The position numbers were made by a program, and so were the translations under genes. DNA of 64,000 nt from Octopus vulgaris (taxonomy: Eukaryota): positions 149,172,001 to 149,236,000 of the forward strand of contig OX597816.1 in assembly GCA_951406725.2 (NCBI GenBank), given 5' to 3'. Below the pieces are notes generated by a model. It was not told the DNA's origin. It did no database searches and saw only the letters and a list, made by a program, of their open reading frames with translations. Positions 54,201 to 64,000 of this stretch are shown here, in pieces. Position 1 is the stretch's first letter. Every line of letters begins with the position of its first letter.

Positions 54201-54934
54201 ACTGACTAGGATAATTTACCTACTTCACTAAAACCAATGAAGCTTTTGTTGATACCAACAAAAATGTTATTTCTATTACGGCTTGTCTACTGAACTAGTG
54301 AAGATGGTTAAGCAGGATATAGTCAATACATTCTGATTAATATCTATTACCAAAGGCCAACAAAAATTCTCGCTGTCAATCTTAGGCTCTACTAATAATG
54401 AATATCATGAACACATGGGAAGCAAATATATTGACTTATTTACCTATTTTAAAAAACTAAAATGAATGATCATGAGTTGCTCCTGAATATTTTACGATAA
54501 ACAAAAATGAAAGCTTGTATATCAAAATAAAATAAAAAGCTCTCAAGTAGACATCAAACTAAAATAATCAACTATAGATTTGATATTGATGACATGAGAG
54601 GAATATTCATTGTATTACTTTGAAATTAAAAAGGAAATTAAGTAAAAACTCGTGTTTACTGCTTTTAAAGTAAAGCTTGTGTGTAGTAATGTAAGATGTA
54701 CAATATCGCATGAACAAACATTCACTTTGAATAATGTAATATTTTGCATGTTTAGATAAGTAACATAATACATAATTTGAACTGTGTGTGTAAGTTCGCG
54801 TTCTCACTCGAATACATAGGCACACAAACATATCTCGACTTGCTAGAGACATTAGTTTTCAAATTAGGATAAAGGCAAACATTAAAAAAAAACAACAACC
54901 TGAGATACAGTTCATAAAAATGATAAAATTATAC

Positions 54935-55135
54935 CTTGGTACAAATATATGTTGCTCTGCTGATGCGATTAACGTTGAATTGATAGGAAGGTCTACCACA
55001 GCACAGAATCCATCGTAGACATTTCTCTAGGTTTTGTTTGGGCTTCGGAAAAGGTATGAACTGAACACCGCCCGCCAACCTCTCGGGAAATCTATTGTCA
55101 GTGTTACATGTACCATAACAACACCGTTTAACCAT
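54935..55135 (-). CDS. Variable exon V18: N-terminal half-THAP
   Basis: MVKRCCYGTCNTDNRFPERLAGGVQFIPFPKP..NLEKCLRWI..CGRP...YICTK; donor AAG|GTATAA, phase 0. Confidence 0.87.
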
Positions 55136-58110
55136 CGTATTGCATAGATAACAAAGTGGAAAAGTAAATCAATACTTTTTGCAGTCAGACAACGTTTCTT
55201 TTGTTTTCTTATAATTTGAGGATGTTTACGGTAAAAGACTTCATAAAGAAATACGAATAGGGGAGGGGGGCTAACAGACGTACAATTCAATGTTTGTCTG
55301 AGTTAGCAGCACAGACACTATCATATGACGCAAACACTCACTGCTGATTGGCTTATGCTGCCCTACAGCTGAAATGTAGCAAGGGAAATAAACCATAACT
55401 GCAACAGATCGTAAGCTGTCAAATACACTACGAGTACACTCAGGTATAAAATTGCAACGGGCAACATTGCGTTTGGTTGAAATCAAATTCCACAGGAACC
55501 GATATAAAGTATCTGTAACATATTGTTGAAATTCATCATCCTTCAAAACTAGATTATTGAAGACAATGCAAATATAGGCACAAGCTGAATTAGGTTACCA
55601 AAATATTTAGAAGTTGGAGCCACCAGATACATTTACCTCTTTATATGGGTTGTTTAATGGTAACAGTCATTTCCGACTCTGGCCCAATACATTAAATCAT
55701 CCCAAGAATAATAAAGATTTGAGTGAGGTGACTTAGAGGAAACTAATATGTGGTTAGTACTAATTTTATCGACCCGAAAGTATATGATGCCAAAATAATA
55801 AGACATCTTCAGCCTAACCATCAGAAAAGGATTGTATCCTGGATAGAACTCCCACCATCATTGGTGACAACTGCCTAATAAAAAATGCTACTCTATCCAC
55901 CGAATCAGAAAAGACGGTACCGTTTGACTCTACTTTCACTACACAACAATTACAAGTCAGAGCTGAAGTATGGACGCGTGAGAATTTAGAAAAAACAAGA
56001 ATAGTCATACATTTGATGTTGCTAAACAGGAGGTCCAGTTTATGGACTTAAAATTGCTTAATGTTAGCATAAATATGACCAGTTAGTAACAATAAGAATA
56101 TTTCTTAAGATGCACTACACTATTACAGCACATCAAATATTTTGTCTTAGTAGACAAAACCTTTCACTAAGGGAGTTACTTTCTACTATTTTTCTACTAT
56201 TTTATATATTTAAACACTGAAAGTGTGTGTACGGGGGGGGGGGGTTAAAAAATAAGCAAGGAATATAATTGTTAGGTGGTCACTCAATGTAAGTATACTC
56301 TGCCATCATATATAAGGAAAATATACCCAGATCAGTAGCTTTTAACCAGGGATGCAATAACCACTCACAGACATTGTGAGCTCACAAAGAACAGCACATG
56401 TGAGAAGTGGGCATAATAATTTTTCTCATAAATAAAAGATAAACCAGGTAGTCATATTTGAAACATATTAAAAAAACTTTTAAAATTTTAAGGTATACAT
56501 ATCAGCAAGTAGAAATATGTGATGATGTGCCAAGGTCCAGTATAATTTCATTATATAGGTCCTTGTCTTCTTTACTAACTTCCATAAAAATTTAACATAG
56601 GGGGTAATACCTAAGCAAACATCTAAAAAGAAGCATATGCTGAACAGGCTACAGTAATAGGAATAATAAATTACCTGCAAGATTAGTATATGTTTTCATT
56701 AAAAACAATCTTTTTAAAACTTTTATTATTATTATTTTTTAAAGGCAAAATGGAGTTAGAACCTATGAAAAACATTTCCTGAAAGGAAGCACTGAGGTAC
56801 AAAGGTCTAATAACTACTGATTTAAATAATGTAGTTCAAGATGGCCATTAAAAAGATGAGATGATCAGAGCTGAAGTACATTTGATCATCCAACATGCAC
56901 CAATTCAATTTTTTCTTTTTAAATTTGAGACACAGAACTGTTATTTTAAATGTGACATAGTGGATTTGAAACCGTAAAGAAACTCACTGGTGACAATAAA
57001 CTTTTTATGCCATAGTATATATTTTTAATGTTTAAGAAAAGGTAATATCTAAGAAATTAATCTATCCAAAGAAAGAATATAAATTGGCTGATTCCTTGGC
57101 ACATGCAAAATATGTAGAATTACAAAAGTTACTAAGAAACAAAATCTGGAGTGGGAATGGATACTAAACTATAATTACACCAATGAAAAAAATAGACAAG
57201 CATTTAGAATACAAAGTACTGTGTAATGTTCAAAGCATTCAACCTTAATCCTAAAATCAGTTTAAAAATACTGAAGACATGGCATGTCACAGGTCCATCA
57301 AAGAGTTGATAATCCAAAGCCAGGCAACACACATACAAACTTTCAATATTTGGGACAAAGCTGCTAATTTTCAATGAATCTACCAAATTTTGTAACTCAG
57401 AATAATACATGGAAGAAAAAACTAGAATCCAAGATTCTCTAGGGGTAAAATGGAGTCAGAAAAATAAGAGAAGCAGGGAGAGTGAAAATTGCAGTCATTG
57501 ACTTGTTATAGTTTAAATAGAATGTCAATGGAACCAGTTTCACTAGTCTGGAAGGCCTATGAAAGCCCTGAGAACTATCCTTCCTTCTAGACAAAACTGA
57601 AGAAAATATCAATGTTTCAAAGTAGGCTCGATTGAATGTGTCTTAAATATAATATAAGGTTAAATTTCACTATAATCAGTGAATAGTATTCCTCCAATCA
57701 AACATATCACTTGTTACATTGTTTAGATATATATATTATCAATATTTGTCATTTGGCAATTTTCAAACTGAGTCATGTAGATAAATCAATTGATGCAGAA
57801 GATTTACTGATGCACATTTCAGCAACTCTGGATGGATAAATTCAACACCAGTGAAGTTTCATGTACTGAGCTGAGCAATACAAAACTACATGCTGCAGAA
57901 TACTACACTAATAATCCAGGTATTGTATTTAAAACATGTACCAGTGTAATGAGAGAGATTTTGAAAAGTATCTTTTGTACAAACATGATATAAAAAATTT
58001 TTTTTTAATCAATGAATCATATACATTGCTTAAAAACCTGTTCAAAACTCCCAGTATGCCTTAATCTGAACAAAGATCTTTATTGATGTGAAAGAGAAAA
58101 TTCGACTAAC

Positions 58111-59205
58111 CTCAAATATCCCTGAAAGTGAAGAATCAGCTGAAATCAATCTTTTGAAATGCTGCTGCTTGGCATCAATTGGTGGCTTCTCAGAAGAGAC
58201 ACTGTCCAACTTTGGCCCAGGTAACTGGTGAGTGATTACTTTCTGTATGCTCTTCAAATCTAATTTATCTGAGACAATGAGACTGCTGAGTGTGGCACGA
58301 AGACATTGGTTGGTGTATGAATGCGAGAGGTGTGCTTTGGATGATATTTCTCTCATAAAGTTAGCTATACTCTTGCCACCATGTGGTTGCAATGTGTACC
58401 AGGTAGGCGAATTTGTTACATCTCCAAAGCGGAGTTGACAAAAGAACTTGTCACTTTGTGGGTGCAATCTTGATAAATAGTTTGCAAAAATTTTAACAGG
58501 ACACAATGCTTCGTTTGGAACTTCATGTATCATCCTACAACTCGTGTTACTTAATTCGGTCGGAATATTTTCGCCTGTGTTGACAATACCATCAGTGAGG
58601 ATTATAGATTGCAAACCAGACTTCTGATCCTTGTTAACGCGAAAATGATGTTTCGTTAATTGTGAGAGGCATTTATAGCCGTTACGACCAAAAAACAAGA
58701 CGATGTCCATAAAGACACGTTTCTGGAGCTTGTTTGGATTATTCAGATCACTGTTACACCAGCTGTAGGCTTTTTGTAAATCAGCAAGAGTTATTGCAGA
58801 TTTGGCATTCCCGATAGCTGAGAATTTTTGTTGTAGACTATAGGAATGTTTCTGCCACACTCTGTTAGCCTCTAGGAAATAAGGGTCATTTAATATATCG
58901 ATGCCCCTCTTAAGTATGAAGCGATAAAGGCCATAACGAATACCTCGTAGACCGGCGTGTTTATACCAAGTACCGTCATCTTTACGTAAATCAGGGAAAA
59001 AACTACAAAGATAATTTTTCAAGCGATGCTTGGCTTCCATATCACCACGAGCAATTTGCGACAACAACTGATGGAGTCGTAATTTTTCTCCTTTAGAAAA
59101 AATATATTCTCCAAATTTCTCGCAGGCACTGACTTCGGCGCGCTTTGTGGAATGGGCCTCAATATTGGCGGCGGAACTCTCATTCTGTGATTCTTGAGTT
59201 GCCAT
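58111..59205 (-). CDS. Variable exon V19: Crypton-derived tyrosine-recombinase-fold (DUF3504-like) domain
   Basis: ATG 59205; FF.DLRK.DG.WY....L..IRYGL.R, P..LQKRVF.DI.LFFGR.G, LCPV..F..YLS.LHP, WY..QP.G...I.NFM.EIS..A.LS..YTNQCLRAT; donor GAG|GTTAGT, phase 0. Confidence 0.87.
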
Positions 59206-61134
59206 TATAGTATATAAATCAAGTAAAATACCGAACAATTGAAAAAAACTGTAACACTAAAGTGATATAACTTTAAAAAATTCAATACCTTCATATGTAT
59301 ATTATTCCTTACGATGCATTTTAATACAAAACTACATAGGTGATTGATTCGGGAAACGAAGCTCAATATTTTAATTTAAAATGCATAACTTTATACATAA
59401 AGCAAATGAGACCATCTCTTTCAAGGAAAAGAAACGTAGCATTTAAATTATATATCAGCTGATATCTGCATAATTTTAAAAGAAGTTGTGAAAGCAACAA
59501 CAGGGTTAGATGATTAAATGCAATCAATGACAGTATTAAAATTGTTACGAGCATCGAACTGAGCAAAAGTAGTGACTGGCGCTAAGATATCTAAAGTTGT
59601 TATTCATGTGATAACAAGACTACTGTATAATTCTCGATCGAAATAGTAGCAGTAGGAGTACGTTGTAAGTTATTATGACATTCAATTAAATCACGTAAGA
59701 TGACAATAGATATTTATCTTATGTACACTCAATAAAGAGATATAAATGAACATAAACATAAAACAGAAAGGATTATAAACACGTGTAAGTAGACTAGAGA
59801 TTGATCAGTTGTGTAAGTTTTTAACTGGAGTGATAAGGCAGACAGTGATGTGTGATATACTGTAGTCCAATAACACGAGTTATTATTACACAGTGGGTGA
59901 CGAACGAAGTTGGCAGAGAGCAAAACAATACGCCACGAGAATGAGTGCATCGGCTGAAACATTCCACAGCAGGCTTAGAAAATAGAAGAGGCCAACAAGA
60001 TGTACTCCAAAACAGAGAAACGGAACCACAGGACGAAACAAGAGAAATGGCATCAAGAATAGCTACGTTGGTTAATAATACGAGGTCGCTGACATCAGAT
60101 TGCAACTAAAAGCCGTTCGCGATAACAGGCCTGAACATAAGTAGTACCCCTAATGTACATAACGTATATTACACAAACTGCTGACGTAGAAAGCAGCAAG
60201 TTCTATGTTATCTACCAACTGAAATAGTCCTTCCTACAAAGTAAACATCTACATAGTCATTATTTACCACAAAACCGAAGCGAGTATTTACAACAGCTAT
60301 ATAAACATTTGATAGTGGCTGCTGCTATCATTAAATGGGAAAAGATTATTTATTGCCACAGGCTTGAAGCTGTTCTTTTTTTTTCATTAAGAAAATGATT
60401 AGATTAAAAAAAATAAATATCAGCATCCCTATAACAATTTACGTTCACATAAGTGTGTGTATATATATATATTCGTGTACATCTCTACAAATGTACATAT
60501 AAAAATAGCTAACAGCATAGCCGTCACTCGCAAGCGAGCATGATCTGATAGTTTGTACCAGGCGTTTTTTTATTTTTATTGTTCTTGGTACCAACCCTAA
60601 TGTGAGCTGACGGAGACACTCAAGGGCCTTCTCACCTTTGAGCCCAACAGGAAAACGAAACGACTGGAGGAAGAGAGTGCTGCCACTCATTTTTAGCCGA
60701 ATAAACTGGAACAAAGTGAACTGATATGCTTTGCTTAAGGACATGATGTTTCCTAGTCCAGGAATCGAAGCCATGACCTTAGGATCATGAGCCAAACACT
60801 CTTCACACAAATTCATGCACGAGTGCAAGTGCATAATGTGTCTATACGTATATATAAGTGGGTTGGTGTCCGAGGGCGCAGTAAGCCTACTGGGAATGAG
60901 GAATTCCTGGTACATGTTAAGGCATCCCTCTAGAAGGCTAACTTGTACATAAAACCCGCTGCTCTGAGCCATATATCTCACACTTTGTCTCTAGGCTTCT
61001 TGGTATGGCTAGTGAGAGTCGTTGTGGTGCTGTAAGCAGCAGTGCTCAACTTAAAACCCTTGCACAGGCATTACTGACAGTGATAGTTATGATCCTCTAC
61101 CGAGTGGACAACCATTAATTATGTACGTATGCAC

Positions 61135-61167
<33 letters not shown>

Positions 61168-61170
<3 letters not shown>

Positions 61171-61362
61171 GGATTGGGGGAGGGCACTACTAGGTTAAGA
61201 ATTTCTCTCCAAAAGGTTTTTGCAGCAAAGGTCTAACACACACAAGTGTGTACAAATATATTTAACATAGTGTTACACTCAAAATTTGAAAGACCTCAGT
61301 TGCAAAAACTTCTTGGAGAGAAATTCTCCTTAGCCCAGTAGTGTCCCCCCCCCCCATCCATA
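61168..61362. repeat. MITE-like inverted-repeat element
   Basis: ~65-bp arms tatggattggggg...cactact...aatttctctccaa...tttttgca...aggtct and the complementary agacct...tgcaaaaa...ttggagagaaatt...agtagtg...cccccatccata. Confidence 0.75.
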
Positions 61363-61550
61363 GAATCTATAAGAATTTCTCTCTAGAGACAGTCTCCGCA
61401 GTGGAAATCTTTCTACTTTTGAGTGTACATAAACATTTTAAATACAATTATACACAATTATATTTCAATCATTGCTGTTTAGTTTGCTTCTGATTAATAC
61501 ACACACATCTTTTCTCCCATATATATAATAAATATGATATGTGTGTGTGT

Positions 61551-61700
61551 TATTTAAGACACTTTGATTTGGCTCCATGTGAATTAAAGTTTTGCAGGCC
61601 TGTTAACACAGACCCATCTTATTCAGGATTAGTTAACTGAAGTCTAAATAAGCCAGGTTTCTGTAAAGAGGCATGGAACCAAATCAAACAGTTTTAAATA
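61551..61700. repeat. Small MITE-like element with ~29-bp TIRs
   Basis: tatttaagacactttgatttggctccatg / catggaaccaaatcaaacagttttaaata. Confidence 0.6.
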
Positions 61701-63803
61701 ATAATATATTTAACTCCTACTAAATGTGTTGAATGCCTTTTTCTTTCATTTGTCCACTAATGTATATATGAAAATCCTCATAGAGGTAAATGTGATCATG
61801 TAATTACATACACATAGAATAGAAAATTGGACACTGGATGTAAATGTAAGAAGTTTGCCATTTGAAGTTCTAAATTTTAGGCTTTGTATAGCTAGTCCCT
61901 CTTCCCAGTTATATTAAAGAAATGCATGCTATATGATACCTATTTCTATATGCACAAAATCCAAGTACATTTCTTAGTATATCAAGCACATTGGACATGT
62001 AGCTAACAAGTTTGCTTTGCAATTATGTGGTTTTAGGTTTGTTTCAACTTCATGGCAGGCAAATATCATGTAACAGTCTAAGATTGAGTAAAACCTTGTG
62101 AATGAAATTGGATCATATGGAAACCATGTGGAGGCCAGCAAATAGACTGTATTTCTGTTTTGAGGTTCCAGTTCTATCTCACAGTGCATGTTGATTTTTC
62201 AAGTCTAAATTTATGGTACAAGTTAATGAGTAGGTAGTTCCATTAATTGGAAAACTGAGACACATTTGTTGAAATCTAGAACATATATGAGAGAAGGTGA
62301 GTTAAAATATAAAATAACTAAGAAACATTAAGTTTCTCAAGATTTGATATGTTTAGCAAAACTCATCTATTGATGATGCTTCCTATCATCATTTAACGTC
62401 CATTTTCCATGCTGGCATGGGTTAGACGCTTTGACTGGTACAGGTAAACTATGGAGCTGCACCAGGCCCAAGTTGTCTGTTTTGGCTTGGTTTCTCCGGC
62501 TGGGTGTCCTTCCTGACACCAACTACTTTACAGAGTGTACTAGGTGTCTTTTACATATCACCGGCACTGGCTACAATTCACTTAGCTTGACGTGTTTTCT
62601 CAAGTACAGCAAATCGCCAGAAGTCTCGGTCACTTGCCATAAGCCTGCATGAGGCTCAACAACTGAAGATCATATTTCATCATTTTGTCTCTCCTATTAA
62701 AACAAGTACATGCGTTTGAAAGTTAAAAGTGAAGCTCAAACATTCTTTGAAAATATTTCTTACATATATACTTACACAAAAATAATTTCAAATGTGAGTT
62801 ATTAATGGTGTTCTTTATTAGCATATCCCATAAATTGATGGCTATTATAATCATTATTTAGATATCCATATAATTATAAGTTTTACACCTTTACTCGCCT
62901 TAATTATGGAAGGAAATTGAAGAGATAATTAAAATATTTAATAAACAATGAAACAAATTTTGTGTTATGTAAAAATAGGAACATGAACACTTTAATAATC
63001 GGTTGACTTCCTGGTATATGATAGTACATAACATAGCTCTTATGTACTGAGTTAATTCAACCAATGCGTTTTTCGATAAAATTTTTACAAAAGGTGGGTT
63101 TTCGAGGGTATAGATTACAATTAAGTTAGAATATAGAAAAAAAAATTTGGAGTTTCGAATCTTGGTTATTATCAAATTCCTTAACTTTAAGATCCCCCTC
63201 CCGATGGTTTAAACCATCAATGTTATGTAAACAAAACACTTTAGTGCTTCCAATGGTTGTTCTAAATTCTCCTGGACTTAATTGTAGAGAAACAATGGCA
63301 CGCGTAACGCTTAATGTAACGCTCTGGCAGAAGGCTATCAAAGCTCTAGATGTGGAAAGAAGAAATTGAGATTTAAAGTAACTGCTGCTAGTATGTTAGC
63401 TACTTTCCTTTCTCAATCAATTTCTTTCCATTCGTTTATTCAGTCACCCACTCCTCCACTTTATCACAAATTAACAACACAATATCTGCTATTATTCTTG
63501 GCGGTTCCTTTAATGACACTAATTTTATCGACCCCCAAAAGAGATGAAAGGTTAAAAGTTGATCACTGCGATAATATATTTCAAGTGCTATTGTTTGCAT
63601 CAAAACTGACATTGTTAACTTGAAAAGTAGTTATCTTAATTATACTATTGTTACTAGCAACAGCAATAAGAGTTTCTAACCCATCCTATAAAGAGGATGC
63701 AAGAGTTAATGGTGTTTGCCTTTTAAATGATTCAAAGAGAATGTGTGTAAAAGAAAACAGCAATATTTAAAAGGTGTTCACAAAAAATAAAAGATTTCCT
63801 TAC

Positions 63804-64000
63804 GTCAGTTGGGCTGTTTAGTTTCAGTTTGGTATACCATTTTGGTGTGGGGACATTGCTCGTCTGGAATATTGTTGGTATGGCATTCGGCTTCAGTAAG
63901 ATACGTGGGTTCTGCATAAACTGGAAGTTCTGTTCGAAACAATGAGGTTCAAAATGCAGAGTGCAGATTCGAAATCGGCGCCGTATGCTCTGGTCATCCG
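63804..64000 (-). CDS. Variable exon V20 (5'-truncated by window): THAP domain
   Basis: Open frame from window edge DDQSIRRRFRICTLHFEPHCF...LLKPNAIPTIF; donor GAC|GTAAGG, phase 0. Confidence 0.85.

Noticed and set aside
2194-58438. Plus-strand ORFs overlapping variable exons (e.g. 2194, 2743, 4396, 11600, 15002, 45302, 51009, 58232)
   Set aside because: Antisense shadows of the real minus-strand exons, with no domain motifs.
60445-60981. 178-aa minus-strand ORF
   Set aside because: Spans SINE-like and microsatellite sequence, with no domain and a non-ATG start.

Overview
AT-rich eukaryotic genomic DNA, most likely an octopod cephalopod judging from the tRNA-derived and CORE-type SINEs (recognised from memory, not searched). 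The whole window appears to be the 5' part of one minus-strand gene with an unusual cassette design. Three constant exons at the left end (1350-1585, 959-1262, <1-600) encode a linker and a BTB/POZ domain, and they begin at a phase-0 splice acceptor. Upstream, over at least 62 kb and all on the same strand, lie 20 separate ATG-initiated exons (the last is cut by the window edge). Each encodes a different, mostly transposon-derived, putative DNA-binding domain: 6 complete THAP, 4 N-terminal half-THAP, 3 Crypton/DUF3504 tyrosine-recombinase folds, 4 HTH types (CENP-B/pogo, IS630/Tc1, psq, mariner), a TTF-type Zn finger, a C2H2-like finger and an STPR-like basic helix. Each ends at a phase-0 GT donor compatible with the constant acceptor. 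The four half-THAP exons are completed by a shared 96-nt exon (25378-25473) that is missing from the ORF track. One exon still lies inside the TIRs of its parent mariner-like element, and another is decaying. Exon boundaries, phases and motifs were read directly from the sequence; splicing of variable to constant exons is inferred and needs transcript data.
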